64,000 nucleotides of DNA. It comes from OCS116 cluster bacterium AG-390-A19. Its GTDB lineage: Bacteria; Pseudomonadota; Alphaproteobacteria; MED-G09. The DNA is taken from NCBI GenBank assembly GCA_003278145.1, contig QCGV01000002.1:154124-218123 (forward strand), written 5' to 3'. Numbering within the stretch: the first letter of the stretch is position 1; every line of letters begins with the position of its first letter. The position numbers were made by a program, and so were the translations under genes. Below are positions 38,982 through 50,537 of this stretch, in pieces. Under the pieces are notes generated by a model. It was not told where the DNA came from and ran no database searches. It worked only from the letters and a program-made list of their open reading frames with translations.

Positions 38982-39654
38982 TACAGAAACCACGGGTTTG
39001 AGCCCTGATAATGGAGATAGAATTGTTGAAATTGGCTGTGTTGAACTTATAAACCACGTGCCTACGCAAAATACTTTTCAGGCTTATTTAAACCCTGAAA
39101 GAGAAATGGATGCCGGGGCTGAAAAAGTCCATGGACTAACAAATGAATTTTTATCAAATAAACCAAAGTTTATAGAAATTGTAGATGATTTTTTAAATTT
39201 TATTGGTGATAGTAAGCTGATTGCTCATAATGCTGATTTTGATATTAACTTTTTAAATAGCGAGCTGGCAAGAGTTAAAAGGGATAAAATAAACAACGAC
39301 AGAGTTATCGATACATTAAAAATAGCAAGGAGCAAATACCCTGGCGCAAGAAACAGTTTGGATGCTCTTTGTAAAAGATTTTTTGTTGATAATTCAAATA
39401 GGACTCTACATGGAGCTCTTTTGGACTCTGAGATTTTAGCCGAGGTATATCTTGAGCTTGTAGGCGGAAAAGAACCCGATCTTGAATTGTCAACCAACAA
39501 GACAGAACGAATTGAAGATTATGAAGATAATTATTCAACCTCATTAACTAGAAAGAAAAAGTTAAAATCAAGAATATCAGATATTGATGAAAAAAATCAT
39601 AGAGAATTTTTAGCATCGCTTCCAAAAGATCCCCTTTGGTTGAAAAATACTTAA
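38944..39654 (+). CDS. dnaQ: DNA polymerase III epsilon subunit (3'-5' exonuclease)
   Basis: Exo I motif VLDTETTGL, Exo II AHNADFD, Exo III HGALLDSEILAEVY. Confidence 0.85.
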   Translation: MRKLNRMREIVLDTETTGLSPDNGDRIVEIGCVELINHVPTQNTFQAYLNPEREMDAGAEKVHGLTNEFLSNKPKFIEIVDDFLNFIGDSKLIAHNADFDINFLNSELARVKRDKINNDRVIDTLKIARSKYPGARNSLDALCKRFFVDNSNRTLHGALLDSEILAEVYLELVGGKEPDLELSTNKTERIEDYEDNYSTSLTRKKKLKSRISDIDEKNHREFLASLPKDPLWLKNT

Positions 39655-40034
39655 TATCTATTTTCTCTTTTTCTCAACTCATCTATTATTTTATTAACTG
39701 CTAATTTTAATAAAAATTTTCTAAAACTTGGTATTATAAGAATTATTCCAAATATATCGGTTATTGCTCCAGGTATGATAAAAAATAATGCACCTATAAG
39801 AAGGGCTAATCCCTCAACTATTTCAGGAAGGGCTTGTTTTCCTTGTGCTAGTTTAGATTGAAGTGAAAAAATTATACCGAGCCCTTGTTGCTTTGCAATA
39901 AAGATTCCAATTATTGCCGTACCAATTATAATTATTAAGGTTCCAAAAAAACCAAAATAATTTCCAAGCTTTATTAAGGCCCATATTTCAATAATAGGCA
40001 AAACTAGAAAAAAAACTACAAACGGATAAAACAA
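39651..40034 (-). CDS. fxsA: FxsA family inner-membrane protein
   Basis: Small, two TM helices, IPGAITD motif typical of FxsA/UPF0716. Confidence 0.65.
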   Translation of the reverse strand: MFYPFVVFFLVLPIIEIWALIKLGNYFGFFGTLIIIIGTAIIGIFIAKQQGLGIIFSLQSKLAQGKQALPEIVEGLALLIGALFFIIPGAITDIFGIILIIPSFRKFLLKLAVNKIIDELRKRENRY

Positions 40035-40117
40035 GCTTTCCTCAAAAAAAATAAAATTTTATTTAAAGTTAATGTATATTCGTATAATAAAAAAACACTA
40101 TAGAAAGGACAGATGCA

Positions 40118-40759
40118 ATGGGCAACCCCTTTGATCCGATGAATATTATACTTCTTGTGTTTGCAGTAGTAGCCTTCATAAGACTAAGAGCAACATTAGG
40201 AAAAAGAACTGGCAACGAAGATCCGCTAGATAATAAAAATATTTTTCAACCAAAGAAAAATAGAGATATTAAAAATTTAGAGAAAACCGAAAATTCTATC
40301 CCACATTCTAAAGAAGAAATATTAGATTATTTAACTCTAAATGATAAGAATTTTACTCAAGAATCATTTTTAGAGGGCTCTAAAAATGCATATAAAATGA
40401 TTGTTCAAAATTATGCATCTGGCGATTTAAATTCAATAAAAGATTTTATAGGTAAAGAAGTTTATGATGGTTTCTCTGAAGCTATTTCCTCAAGAGATGT
40501 ATTAAAACAAAAACTATTTAATGAGGTAGTAGAGTTTAATTTAGTGGATATTATAGATGCAAAATTAGACAAAAATACAGTTCAAATTAAAGTTAATTTT
40601 GAGACCAAAATTATAAGTTATGGCGAAGATTCAACTGGACAAATTATTGAAGGAAACAAAGATTCTCCTCAAGTTATAAAAGATATTTGGGTTTTTCAAA
40701 AACCTCTAAAAAGTAAAAATCCTGCATGGGAGTTAATTTCAACAAACCCCGATGATTAA
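40118..40759 (+). CDS. Tim44-like domain membrane protein
   Basis: N-terminal TM helix plus ~150-aa Tim44-like domain; conserved alphaproteobacterial neighbour of fxsA/secB. Confidence 0.6.
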   Translation: MGNPFDPMNIILLVFAVVAFIRLRATLGKRTGNEDPLDNKNIFQPKKNRDIKNLEKTENSIPHSKEEILDYLTLNDKNFTQESFLEGSKNAYKMIVQNYASGDLNSIKDFIGKEVYDGFSEAISSRDVLKQKLFNEVVEFNLVDIIDAKLDKNTVQIKVNFETKIISYGEDSTGQIIEGNKDSPQVIKDIWVFQKPLKSKNPAWELISTNPDD

Positions 40760-40761
40760 TA

Positions 40762-41220
40762 ATGGAAGATGAAGACGATTTAAGTGTTTGGAATGAATTT
40801 ATCAACAATGAATTCAAGGTTGAAAATAAAGATACTTTTATTAATGATAATTACCTAAACAAATCTAGTCGTGAAGAGTCTTTTAAGAAAAAGAAGGGCT
40901 TACCACCACCAGGAACGTTAACAAAAAAAATAGTAAAAAAACTGGCAACCAAGAAAATCGAAACAAGCGCAACTCTTGATTTGCATGGATTAAATATTGA
41001 AGATGCTAAAGTATCATTTCTATCTTTTTTAGACACATGTTGGAAATATAAGTATAGTTATGTACTTATTATTACCGGAAAAGGTAAAGGAATATTAAAG
41101 AACGCTTTTATTGAATGGTTAAAAGAGGATGAAATTTTTCCTTTAATTATTGGATATTCTATTGCTCACAGGTTACAAGGGGGTGATGGCGCTTTTGTTT
41201 TACATTTAAGAAAGCGATAA
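40762..41220 (+). CDS. Smr domain protein
   Basis: LDLHGLNIEDA...LIITGKGKG Smr/MutS2 C-terminal domain pattern. Confidence 0.65.
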   Translation: MEDEDDLSVWNEFINNEFKVENKDTFINDNYLNKSSREESFKKKKGLPPPGTLTKKIVKKLATKKIETSATLDLHGLNIEDAKVSFLSFLDTCWKYKYSYVLIITGKGKGILKNAFIEWLKEDEIFPLIIGYSIAHRLQGGDGAFVLHLRKR

Positions 41221-41246
41221 TATAAAATTTATGCCGAGGCTTAAAT

Positions 41247-41858
41247 ATGAATGCTAAAGAAAAAAATAGAAAAGCTATAATTGAGAGAGAAACCAGGGAA
41301 ACAAAAATTTTTGTTGAGCTTGATATTGATGGATCAGGCGTCTCTGAAATAGAAACAGGCATTGGTTTTTTAGATCATATGCTTGAAAGTTTTTCAAGAC
41401 ACTCATTAATTGATCTTAAGCTTAAAGCGGAGGGCGATCTGCATGTTGATCAACATCACACAACAGAAGACACTGGTATTGTTATAGGGTCAGCTATTGC
41501 TAAAGCGCTCGGCGATTTTTCAGGCATTAAGCGTTTTGGTAGTGCAGTTATTCCAATGGATGAAACCTTAACTAGAGTAGCTTTAGATATATCAAAGAGG
41601 CCAAGTCTAATTTGGAAAGTTTCCTTTTCAAAAGCAGTTCTAGGTGAAATGGATACAGAGCTTTTTCATGAATGGTTTGCTGCTTTTTCACAAAATTTGG
41701 GAGCTAATGTTCATATTGAAAATTTATATGGAGAGAATAATCACCATATTGCTGAGTCATGTTTTAAAGGTTTAGCTAGATCTCTCCGTGATGCAATGGT
41801 AATTGACCCTCGAGAAATGGGTAGATCACCTTCAAGTAAAGGTTCGCTGGGAAGCTAA
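41247..41858 (+). CDS. hisB: imidazoleglycerol-phosphate dehydratase
   Basis: [10 protein letters not shown] start, twin HH..E metal motifs. Confidence 0.9.
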   Translation: MNAKEKNRKAIIERETRETKIFVELDIDGSGVSEIETGIGFLDHMLESFSRHSLIDLKLKAEGDLHVDQHHTTEDTGIVIGSAIAKALGDFSGIKRFGSAVIPMDETLTRVALDISKRPSLIWKVSFSKAVLGEMDTELFHEWFAAFSQNLGANVHIENLYGENNHHIAESCFKGLARSLRDAMVIDPREMGRSPSSKGSLGS

Positions 41859-41864
41859 GTTTTT

Positions 41865-42512
41865 ATGAAAAATATGTCTATTGCAGTAGTTGATTATGAT
41901 TGTGGAAATATTCATTCTGCTACAAAAGCTCTAGAGCTTGCAATGAGTAATTCAGTTATCAATGGTTCTATAAGCTTAACGAAAGATCCTGAAAAAATCC
42001 TTAATTCTGATAAATTAGTTTTGCCTGGTGTTGGGGCTTTTGGGTCTTGTATTCAGAAATTAAAAAGCATTGACGGGTTAAAAGAAGCCTTGGACGAAGC
42101 AGTATTAAAGAAGGCAAAGCCTATCCTTGGTATATGTATTGGTTTACAATTGATGGCTACATCAAGTTTTGAGGGCGGCAAACATAACGGTTTAAATTGG
42201 ATTGAGGGAGATGTTATTCCGCTTGATCCAAGTGATGCTAAATTAAAAGTTCCTCATATGGGCTGGAATAATATTGTAGTGAAAAAAAATCATCCAGTTT
42301 TTCAAGATATTAAAATTAGTGATTATTATTTTGTTCATTCATATAAATTTTCGCCGCTTGATAGTAAAACAATTATCTCCTCAACCAATTATGGAGAAGA
42401 TTTTGTTTCTTCGTTGGGCAGAGATAATATTTTAGGTACACAGTTTCATCCAGAAAAGAGCCAGGCTGCAGGTGTCACACTTTTAAAAAATTTTATAGAG
42501 TGGTCACCATGA
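41865..42512 (+). CDS. hisH: imidazole glycerol phosphate synthase glutaminase subunit
   Basis: GVGAFG, GICIGLQ catalytic Cys, FHPE. Confidence 0.9.
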   Translation: MKNMSIAVVDYDCGNIHSATKALELAMSNSVINGSISLTKDPEKILNSDKLVLPGVGAFGSCIQKLKSIDGLKEALDEAVLKKAKPILGICIGLQLMATSSFEGGKHNGLNWIEGDVIPLDPSDAKLKVPHMGWNNIVVKKNHPVFQDIKISDYYFVHSYKFSPLDSKTIISSTNYGEDFVSSLGRDNILGTQFHPEKSQAAGVTLLKNFIEWSP

Positions 42513-43234
42513 TTTTTTTTCCAGCTATCGATATATATCAAGGTAAATGCGTAAGACTTGAAAAAGGAGACTTTGAGAAAAAAACCATTTTTAATGAAGA
42601 TCCTGTTGACCAGGCAAAATTTTTTGAGGACATGGGATGTAATTGGATACATGTTGTTGATTTAGATGGGGCGAAAAATGGAAGTTCAAGCAATTTTAAA
42701 ATAGTTGAGGAAATATCGTTAAAAACAAATCTAAAAATACAGTTTGGTGGTGGTGTTAGGTCTATAGAAAAAATAAAATCTTTATTGGCTATTGGTATTG
42801 AGAGGGTTGTTATCGGAACAAAAGCTATAAATGATATTTCTTTTTTAGATGTGGCTTGTCGAGATTTTCCCAATAAAATCGTAATCGGAATTGATGCTAG
42901 AAAAGGAAAAGTTTCAATCGAAGGGTGGACCAAAGATAGCGGTGTAAATGCAAATGAACTTGCGATCAATGCTGAGAAAAAAGGTGTATGCGCAATTATT
43001 TTTACTGATATCGATAAAGATGGTTTAATGTCAGGTCCAAATATACCCTCAACACTTGAAATTGCGAAAGCTGTAAATATACCTGTTATTGTTTCTGGAG
43101 GGGTTTCAGCAATTGAAGACGTTATCGAGGTCAAAGAAAATGAGGGATCTGGGATTGGCGGAGTAATTTGTGGTCGAGCTGTATATGATAAAAAAGTTGA
43201 TATTAAAGAAGCTCTTAAAATCGTAAGGTTATAA
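42500..43234 (+). CDS. hisA: ProFAR isomerase
   Basis: [14 protein letters not shown], (beta/alpha)8 HisA pattern. Confidence 0.9.
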   Translation: MVTMIFFPAIDIYQGKCVRLEKGDFEKKTIFNEDPVDQAKFFEDMGCNWIHVVDLDGAKNGSSSNFKIVEEISLKTNLKIQFGGGVRSIEKIKSLLAIGIERVVIGTKAINDISFLDVACRDFPNKIVIGIDARKGKVSIEGWTKDSGVNANELAINAEKKGVCAIIFTDIDKDGLMSGPNIPSTLEIAKAVNIPVIVSGGVSAIEDVIEVKENEGSGIGGVICGRAVYDKKVDIKEALKIVRL

Positions 43235-43992
43235 TGTTAAAAACTAGAATAATACCATGTCTTGATGTTAAAGACGGAAGGGTTGTCAAAGGTATAAATT
43301 TTGTAGATTTAGTAGATGCAGGAAACCCTGTTGAAGTTGCAAAAACTTATGACAAAAATGGTGCAGATGAGCTTTGTTTTTTAGATATAACTGCAAGTCA
43401 TGAGAAAAGACCTATTTTACTTGATACGGTAAAAAAAACTGCTGAGCAATGTTTTATGCCATTAACTGTTGGTGGTGGTGTTAGGTCTATATCTGATATC
43501 CAGTCTCTTTTATCATCTGGAGCCGATAAAGTTTCAATTAACACTGCTGCAGTCAGCAATCCTGATTTAATCTATGAGGCCAGCTCAATATTTGGGAGCC
43601 AATGTATAGTCGTTGCAATAGATGCAAAAATTGTTTCGAAAAATAAATGGGAAATTTTTACCCATGGAGGCAGAAACTCTACTGGTATCAATGCTATTGA
43701 GTTTTCAAAAAAAGTTAGTGACTTAGGTGCAGGTGAAATTCTATTAACTTCTATGGATAGAGACGGAACAAAATCCGGATACGATAATGATCTTTTAAGG
43801 GCTGTATCAAATGAGATTTCAGTTCCGGTAATTGCATCAGGGGGGGTTGGAAAAGTTGAAGACTTAATTGATGGTGTAATGATAGGTGGCGCAAGCGCAG
43901 TACTTGCTGCATCTATTTTCCATTTTGGTGAAATATCTATTCAAGAAACCAAAGAAGCAATGAGTAAAGCTGGTATTTCGGTAAGACTTTAA
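43234..43992 (+). CDS. hisF: imidazole glycerol phosphate synthase cyclase subunit
   Basis: [16 protein letters not shown] start; 252 aa. Confidence 0.95.
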   Translation: MLKTRIIPCLDVKDGRVVKGINFVDLVDAGNPVEVAKTYDKNGADELCFLDITASHEKRPILLDTVKKTAEQCFMPLTVGGGVRSISDIQSLLSSGADKVSINTAAVSNPDLIYEASSIFGSQCIVVAIDAKIVSKNKWEIFTHGGRNSTGINAIEFSKKVSDLGAGEILLTSMDRDGTKSGYDNDLLRAVSNEISVPVIASGGVGKVEDLIDGVMIGGASAVLAASIFHFGEISIQETKEAMSKAGISVRL

Positions 43993-44018
43993 TTAGTATA
44001 AATTTAAGAGGAATAAAT

Positions 44019-44312
44019 ATGTCAGAAAATGAAAATATTCTTGAAAAGCTTTGGTTTATAATCGAAGAAAAATCTATAAGCAACGACGATAGCTCTTATA
44101 CAAAGACCATGCTTAATAATGATATAAATCATATTGCAAGAAAAATGGGCGAGGAGGCTATAGAGACAATTGTTGCTGCAATTGGCCAAACAAAAAAAGA
44201 TACAATTAGTGAAAGTGCTGATTTAATTTATCATTGGTTACTGCTTTTGAAAAAATTAGATATTGAGCCAGAAGAGGTTTATAAAGAACTTAAGGACAGA
44301 ATGTCTTCTTAG
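44019..44312 (+). CDS. hisE: phosphoribosyl-ATP pyrophosphatase
   Basis: 97 aa, SYT..L......KK.GEE..E helical HisE pattern, follows hisF. Confidence 0.8.
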   Translation: MSENENILEKLWFIIEEKSISNDDSSYTKTMLNNDINHIARKMGEEAIETIVAAIGQTKKDTISESADLIYHWLLLLKKLDIEPEEVYKELKDRMSS

Positions 44313-44317
44313 AAACT

Positions 44318-45256
44318 ATGTCTAGGCTAGAAGAAAATTTTACAAAGTTTAGGTATCAAGATTGGCTTCCATTAAGTAATGAGGATATTTATCAGTTAAA
44401 CGAAAAAGACTTTCAGTTAATTAACGACCCTCAGGAAAAGTTTAAAGAAGACTTTGTGGATAAAAGCTACCATTCGATGGTAGATCTTTTATCTATAAAT
44501 ATAAGAAATTACAATCGTCTTAATCGAAAAATAAAAGATATAAAAAAAAGCGAACAAAAGAAATATCCATTTATTATAGGAGTTGCTGGCTCCGTAGCAT
44601 CTGGTAAGTCAACATTTTCAAGAATACTTGAGCTGCTTCTAAAAAAATCCCTAAAAGGCCTTAATATAAAACTACTTACTACAGATGGTTTTTTGTTTCC
44701 TAATTCTGTTTTAGAAGAAAATAATTTAATGGAGAAAAAAGGTTTTCCAGAAAGTTATGATACTGACTCTTTTTATAAATTTTTATCAAGCGTTAAGGCT
44801 GGGGTATCAAAAATATATGCTCCAATATATTCTCATAATCTATATGACATTATACCTGATGAAAAACTGGAGATAATTGATCCAGATGTTGTAATTATTG
44901 AAGGTATAAATGTTCTTCAATCAGCAAAATTAAAAGACAGAAAGATAATCTTAGAAGCACGGGATTTTGTTAATTTCTCAATTTATCTAGATGCCGACGA
45001 AAGATATTTAAGGCAATGGTATATTGATAGATTTTTATCTTTAAGATTGGCTGCCTTAAATAATAAGGAGGATTTTTTTAATAGATTTTCATCTACTGAT
45101 ATTGATCAGGCAAAAGAAATAGCAAACTCTATTTGGGAAAAAATAAACCTTAAAAATTTAAATGAAAATATTCTTCCAACAAAATATAAGGCTAACTTAA
45201 TTTTAAAAAAGAATATTAATCATAAGACTAATGAAATATGGTTAAGAAATATTTAA
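44318..45256 (+). CDS. coaA: type I pantothenate kinase
   Basis: P-loop GVAGSVASGKST plus long blocks matching E. coli CoaA as recalled (TTDGFL.PN, KKGFPESYD, APIYSH..YD, IEG.NVLQ, NILPT). Confidence 0.85.
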   Translation: MSRLEENFTKFRYQDWLPLSNEDIYQLNEKDFQLINDPQEKFKEDFVDKSYHSMVDLLSINIRNYNRLNRKIKDIKKSEQKKYPFIIGVAGSVASGKSTFSRILELLLKKSLKGLNIKLLTTDGFLFPNSVLEENNLMEKKGFPESYDTDSFYKFLSSVKAGVSKIYAPIYSHNLYDIIPDEKLEIIDPDVVIIEGINVLQSAKLKDRKIILEARDFVNFSIYLDADERYLRQWYIDRFLSLRLAALNNKEDFFNRFSSTDIDQAKEIANSIWEKINLKNLNENILPTKYKANLILKKNINHKTNEIWLRNI

Positions 45257-45274
45257 TTGTGATAAGATAGGAAT

Positions 45275-46090
45275 ATGGGAAAATTTATAAATATATCTGT
45301 TATAGGTGCTGCTGGAAAAATGGGCCAGCAAATAATGTCTCAAGCTCAAGTTTCAGACAAGTTTAATATAGTTGGAGCAATTGAGACGAAAGATTCTAGT
45401 TTTTTAAATACTGATATTTCATCTCTTATTGGCGGCAAAGAAACTGGTATTTTAATAACTGATGATCCTCTAAGCTGTATTTTGAAATCAGATGCAGTGA
45501 TAGACTTTAGTTCGCCATCTTCAACTATTGAAGTTTGTGAACTTGTTGCTCAGGCCAGAAAGGTTCATGTAATTGGCACAACTGGTTTTGATGAAGAAGA
45601 AGAAGAGAAAATTAAGGCTGCTGCAAGACATGCTACGATAATCAAATCTGGAAATATGAGTCTGGGGGTTAATGCTTTGCTTGAGACAGTAAAAAAACTT
45701 GCAAGATCTCTTGATAACGACTGGGATATAGAAATATCTGATATGCATCATCGAGATAAAATAGATTCTCCATCTGGAACAGCTCTGGAGCTTGCTAGTG
45801 CAGCGGCTGAGGGTAGAGGGATTGATCTTCATTCTTCTTTAGATATTTCTAGAAATGGATCCGATTTATCTCGAAAAAATGGTGATATTGGCATTGTCTC
45901 TCTTAGAGGGGGAACTGTTATTGGCGATCATTCAGTTATTTTTGCTGGAGAAGGAGAACGCATAGTTGTTTCTCACTTTGCTGAAAATAGAAATATATTT
46001 GTAAAAGGTGCTTTAAAATCTGCAGAATGGGGAATTGATAAAGGCCCTGGTTTATTTTCTGCATTAGATGTTCTTGGAATACAAAAATAA
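45275..46090 (+). CDS. dapB: 4-hydroxy-tetrahydrodipicolinate reductase
   Basis: ISVIGAAGKMG N-terminus, E.HH.K.D.PSGTA motif. Confidence 0.85.
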   Translation: MGKFINISVIGAAGKMGQQIMSQAQVSDKFNIVGAIETKDSSFLNTDISSLIGGKETGILITDDPLSCILKSDAVIDFSSPSSTIEVCELVAQARKVHVIGTTGFDEEEEEKIKAAARHATIIKSGNMSLGVNALLETVKKLARSLDNDWDIEISDMHHRDKIDSPSGTALELASAAAEGRGIDLHSSLDISRNGSDLSRKNGDIGIVSLRGGTVIGDHSVIFAGEGERIVVSHFAENRNIFVKGALKSAEWGIDKGPGLFSALDVLGIQK

Positions 46091-46102
46091 AAGGAAAGCT
46101 TA

Positions 46103-46699
46103 ATGACTAACTTAACATTAGTTCGACATGGGCAAAGTGATTGGAATAATAAAAACCTTTTTACTGGTTGGGAAAACCCGGGTTTAACAAAAAAAGGTGT
46201 TGAAGAAGCTCATAAAACTGGCAATCTTTTAAAAGAAGAAAACAAAAACTACTCTTATCTCTTTACCTCTATTCTTGATAGAGCAATTAATACTGCTGAT
46301 ATAATTTTAGAAGAGCTTGGAATAGATCAAATTAATGTAATTAGAGATCAGGCGTTAAATGAACGAGACTATGGAGAGTTAACAGGGCTTAATAAAGATG
46401 CTGCTAGAAAGAAATGGGGAGAGGATCAGGTTCACATTTGGAGAAGATCATTTGATGTTCCACCTCCAGGTGGTGAAAGCTTAAAAGATACTGCTGAAAG
46501 AGTTATTCCTTACTTCAGGGATAAAATTTTACCCTTACTTATTGAAGATAACAATATATTAATAAGCGCTCATGGTAATTCTCTTAGAGCTTTGGTTATG
46601 CATATAGAGGGGCTCTCATCAGAAGAGATTTTGACAAGAGAGATTGCAACCGGACAGCCCATATCATATGAATTTTTTGATGGTAAATTTAATCTTTAA
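46103..46699 (+). CDS. gpmA: 2,3-bisphosphoglycerate-dependent phosphoglycerate mutase (short form)
   Basis: LVRHGQSDWN catalytic-His motif, SAHGNSLRAL. Confidence 0.85.
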   Translation: MTNLTLVRHGQSDWNNKNLFTGWENPGLTKKGVEEAHKTGNLLKEENKNYSYLFTSILDRAINTADIILEELGIDQINVIRDQALNERDYGELTGLNKDAARKKWGEDQVHIWRRSFDVPPPGGESLKDTAERVIPYFRDKILPLLIEDNNILISAHGNSLRALVMHIEGLSSEEILTREIATGQPISYEFFDGKFNL

Positions 46700-46714
46700 A
46701 GTTTGTAACTTCAT

Positions 46715-47368
46715 ATGAATAAAAAAGAAAAAGCAAAAAAAATTCTTTCTATTTTAAATCACAGTTATAAAACTACCCCTGTTCCTCTTGATCACGAAGA
46801 TCCTTACACCCTTTTAATCGCTGTTCTTTTATCTGCGCAATGTACAGATGAGAGAGTTAATAAAGTAACGCCACATTTATTTAAGAGAGCTAAAACACCC
46901 AGACAAATGATCAATCTGTCATACGAGGAAATTTATTCTATAATTAAACCCTGTGGATTAGGCCCAAAAAAATCCAGAGCAATCTTAAAACTATCCTCAA
47001 TATTAGTTGATCAATTTAACTCTATTGTACCCAACGATATAGCTCTTTTAGAAAAACTTCCTGGCGTGGGCCATAAAACAGCATCGGTAGTTGTAAGCCA
47101 GGCATTCAATATTCCATCGTTTCCAGTTGATACACACATTCATAGACTGGCACAGAGATGGGGGCTTACAAATGGAAAAAATGTCAAACAAACTGAAAAA
47201 GACCTTAAGAATGTATTTGAGAAGAAAAATTGGAATAAATTACATTTGCAAATAATTTTTTGGGGAAGAGAGTTTTGTACAGCCAGATCGTGCTGGGGGT
47301 TAGAGTGTAAAATATGTAAGTCTTGTAACCCCAATAGAAAAAGAAAATTTATTCACAAAAAGCCTTAA
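46715..47368 (+). CDS. nth: endonuclease III
   Basis: HhH-GPD motif LPGVG.KTA, C-terminal 4Fe-4S Cys cluster C-x6-C-x2-C-x5-C. Confidence 0.9.
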   Translation: MNKKEKAKKILSILNHSYKTTPVPLDHEDPYTLLIAVLLSAQCTDERVNKVTPHLFKRAKTPRQMINLSYEEIYSIIKPCGLGPKKSRAILKLSSILVDQFNSIVPNDIALLEKLPGVGHKTASVVVSQAFNIPSFPVDTHIHRLAQRWGLTNGKNVKQTEKDLKNVFEKKNWNKLHLQIIFWGREFCTARSCWGLECKICKSCNPNRKRKFIHKKP

Positions 47369-48495
47369 CCAGTAAAGATTCTTTTTAAACTATCTAAGTA
47401 ACTATTTGTTTCAGGGCTTGTGTTTTTTTTATTAATCTCTGAAAATTCTTTCAAGATTCCTTTTTGCTTTTCATTTAGTTTAGTTGGAACCTCAACCCTT
47501 ATTTCAACATAGAGATCACCTAATCTATTTGTTTGCAATACTGGCATACCCTTACCCTTTAATCGAAACTGCCTATTATTTTGACACCCCTCTGGAATCG
47601 AAATTCTTATTTTTTTTCCATCAGGAGTTGGCACCTCAATTTGACCTCCGAGAGCTGCCGTGACAAAATCAATTGGAACTTCGCTTAATAGATCTGCCTC
47701 ACTTCTTTTAAAAAATTCATTTTCTTTGATTGACACAAAAACATAGAGATCACCATATGGCCCTCCATTTTCTCCAGCCTCACCTTCTCCGCCAAGTCTT
47801 ATTCTTGTTCCTTCATCAACTCCTCTTGGGATATTTACAGATAGCTTTCTTTTTTTTCTAACTCTTCCGCTTCCGGAGCAGCTTCTGCAAGGGTTTTCTA
47901 TGAGGGATCCCTTACCATTACAAACGCTACATGTTCTTTCCAAAGTAAAAAACCCTTGAGTTGATCTTACGCTCCCAGAACCACCACAGTGTTGACATGT
48001 TGATCTACCACTTCCCGAAGCAGCTCCGGTGCTGTCACAATCATCACACCCAGTTGCAGAGTTTATTGCTAATTCCCTAGTGGTTCCAAAATAGGCATCT
48101 TTAAGGTCTATCTTTATTTCAGCTCTTAAATCTGACCCACGCGATTGTCTTTGTTGCCTTGATCCTTGTCCAGATCTTCCCGCAAAGTCACCAAACAAAT
48201 CTTCAAATATATCAGAAAAGTTTCCGCCAAATCCACCGCCACCAAATCCACCACCACCCATACCACCGGCCTGGGTTCCTGCATGTCCAAACTGATCATA
48301 TGCAGCCCTGGTTTGAGGATCTTTTAAATTCTCATAAGCTTCATTAATTTCTTTGAAACGAGTTTCCGCACCTTCATCCCCACGATTACTGTCAGGATGA
48401 TTTTCTTTAGCTAAGTTTCTGAATGCTTTTTTTATTTCAGCATCTGATGCATTTTTTTGAACACCCAGCACATCATAGTAATCTCTTTTTGCCAT
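47365..48495 (-). CDS. dnaJ: molecular chaperone DnaJ
   Basis: J-domain HPD, G/F-rich linker, four CxxCxGxG zinc-finger repeats. Confidence 0.95.
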   Translation of the reverse strand: MAKRDYYDVLGVQKNASDAEIKKAFRNLAKENHPDSNRGDEGAETRFKEINEAYENLKDPQTRAAYDQFGHAGTQAGGMGGGGFGGGGFGGNFSDIFEDLFGDFAGRSGQGSRQQRQSRGSDLRAEIKIDLKDAYFGTTRELAINSATGCDDCDSTGAASGSGRSTCQHCGGSGSVRSTQGFFTLERTCSVCNGKGSLIENPCRSCSGSGRVRKKRKLSVNIPRGVDEGTRIRLGGEGEAGENGGPYGDLYVFVSIKENEFFKRSEADLLSEVPIDFVTAALGGQIEVPTPDGKKIRISIPEGCQNNRQFRLKGKGMPVLQTNRLGDLYVEIRVEVPTKLNEKQKGILKEFSEINKKNTSPETNSYLDSLKRIFTG

Positions 48496-48524
48496 ATAAA
48501 GCGTTCCGATTAATAATTTTTAAT

Positions 48525-50450
48525 TTAATTTTTTTCTTCTTCTTTAACAGTTTCTTCTTCTTCCTTAACTTCTTCAAAGTCAGCATCTACTATATCTGCA
48601 TCATCAGCCCCATTATCGCCTTCGCTAGAATTTTCTGAACTTTCTTGTTCTTGTTGATATAGTTTTTCACCAATTTTCATTGCTGCTTGAGAAAGTGAGG
48701 CTGTTTTTTCTTGTATGGCAGTTAAATCTTCACTTTCTAAAACCTCTTTTAGGTCTTTTATTGCTGCCTCAACTGGATCCTTTTCCTCATTTGTAATTTT
48801 ATCACCTGCATCAGCAATTCCTTTTTCAGCTGAGTGTATAATAGCTTCTGCTTGATTTTTTGCATCAACAAGTTCTCTAACTTTTTTATCGGCTTCAGCA
48901 TTAGCTTCAGCTTCTTTAATCATATTTTCAATTTCATCATCGCTTAAACCACCTGATGCCTCAATAGTAATTTTTTGTTCTTTGCCTGTGGCTTTATCAG
49001 TAGCGGAAACAGAAACAATCCCGTTAGCATCAATATCAAATGCAACATCAATTTGTGGTATTCCTCTAGGAGCAGGACTGATACCTTCTAGATTGAATTG
49101 ACCCAGAAGCTTGTTATCATTAGCCATCTCTCTTTCACCTTGAAATACTCTTATTGTAACAGCAGATTGATTGTCTTCGGCAGTTGAAAAAACTTGAGAT
49201 TTTTTTGTTGGAATAGTTGTATTTTTATCGATTAATCTCGTGAAAACACCACCTAAAGTTTCAATACCTAGAGATAGAGGTGTAACATCAAGAAGTAGAA
49301 CGTCTTTAACATCTCCTTGAAGAACACCTGCCTGAATTGCCGCACCCATTGCAACAACTTCATCTGGATTAACAGACATATTAGGCTCTTTATTGAAGAA
49401 CTCTTTTACCGCTTCTCTTATTTTTGGCATTCTAGTTTGCCCACCAACTAAAACAACTTCGTCTATTTTTGATGCATCAATCCCTGCATCTTTCAGAGCA
49501 GCTTTACAAGGTATAATTGTCCTTTCGATAAGCTTTTCAACTAAACTTTCTAAAGATGCTCTAGTAAGTTTGTGTGTTAAATGTTTTGGGCCAGTTTGGT
49601 CTGCAGTAATGAAAGGAAGATTAACTTCAGTTTGTGAGGCTGATGATAATTCTATTTTTGCTTTTTCAGCAGCTTCTTTTAGCCTTTGGAGGGCAAGCTT
49701 ATCTTCTCTCAAGTCTACACTATTTTCTTTTTTAAATTCATCTGCAAGATGATTAACTAATAGAGTGTCAAAATCTTCACCACCTAAAAAAGTGTCACCA
49801 TTTGTTGACTTTACCTCAAAAACGCCATCTCCGATTTCTAGAATAGAAATATCAAACGTTCCGCCGCCTAGGTCATAAACAGCAATTAATTTACCTTCTT
49901 TTTTTTCAAGGCCATAAGAAAGTGCCGCTGCTGTAGGCTCATTGATAATTCTTAAAACTTCTAGACCGGCAATTTTTCCAGCATCTTTGGTGGCTTGTCT
50001 TTGTGCATCATTAAAATATGCTGGGACGGTTATTACAGCTTGGTCAACTTTTTCTCCAAGATAATCCTCTGCAGTTTCTTTCATTTTCTGAAGAATGAAG
50101 GCCGAGATTTGAGCTGGTGAATATTTGTCTCCTTCAGCCTCAACATACGCATCACCGTTGTCACCTTTAACAATATTATATGGGACCATATCTTGATCTT
50201 CTTTAGTAGCAGGATCGTCAAAAGATCTTCCAATTAATCGTTTAACTGCAAAAAGAGTATTTGTAGGATTTGTAACGGCTTGTCTTTTAGCAGGTTGACC
50301 AATTAGTCTTTTCTTTTCTTCATCAAAAGATACCATTGATGGGGTTGTTCTAGCCCCTTCGGCATTTTCTAAAACTTTTGGCTGTGATCCTTCCATTATA
50401 GAAACGCAGCTATTTGTTGTTCCTAAGTCGATACCTATAACTCTACCCAT
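48525..50450 (-). CDS. dnaK: molecular chaperone DnaK (Hsp70)
   Basis: [20 protein letters not shown], 641 aa. Confidence 0.97.
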   Translation of the reverse strand: MGRVIGIDLGTTNSCVSIMEGSQPKVLENAEGARTTPSMVSFDEEKKRLIGQPAKRQAVTNPTNTLFAVKRLIGRSFDDPATKEDQDMVPYNIVKGDNGDAYVEAEGDKYSPAQISAFILQKMKETAEDYLGEKVDQAVITVPAYFNDAQRQATKDAGKIAGLEVLRIINEPTAAALSYGLEKKEGKLIAVYDLGGGTFDISILEIGDGVFEVKSTNGDTFLGGEDFDTLLVNHLADEFKKENSVDLREDKLALQRLKEAAEKAKIELSSASQTEVNLPFITADQTGPKHLTHKLTRASLESLVEKLIERTIIPCKAALKDAGIDASKIDEVVLVGGQTRMPKIREAVKEFFNKEPNMSVNPDEVVAMGAAIQAGVLQGDVKDVLLLDVTPLSLGIETLGGVFTRLIDKNTTIPTKKSQVFSTAEDNQSAVTIRVFQGEREMANDNKLLGQFNLEGISPAPRGIPQIDVAFDIDANGIVSVSATDKATGKEQKITIEASGGLSDDEIENMIKEAEANAEADKKVRELVDAKNQAEAIIHSAEKGIADAGDKITNEEKDPVEAAIKDLKEVLESEDLTAIQEKTASLSQAAMKIGEKLYQQEQESSENSSEGDNGADDADIVDADFEEVKEEEETVKEEEKN

Positions 50451-50494
50451 GACAATACTCCCTTTTGTTTGGATATAAATTTAATACTTTGCTT

Positions 50495-50522
50495 ATATGG
50501 TTACTCTTTTTTCACTTACAAG
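50495..50522 (-). promoter_or_regulatory. putative sigma32 (RpoH)-type promoter for dnaK (CTTGTAA-N13-AACCATAT)
   Basis: Minus-strand reading ~45 nt upstream of the dnaK ATG; consensus CTTGAAA-N13/14-CCCCATNT; overlaps a 7-bp inverted repeat (50502-50526). Confidence 0.3.
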
Positions 50523-50537
50523 AGTATTTTTGAAAAA

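Noticed and set aside
48423-48638. 71-aa ORF rich in Phe/Asn overlapping the dnaK C-terminus and the dnaJ leader
   Set aside because: Low-complexity translation of an AT-rich, repeat-like stretch (the dnaK acidic/EEVKEEE tail on the other strand). Not a plausible gene.
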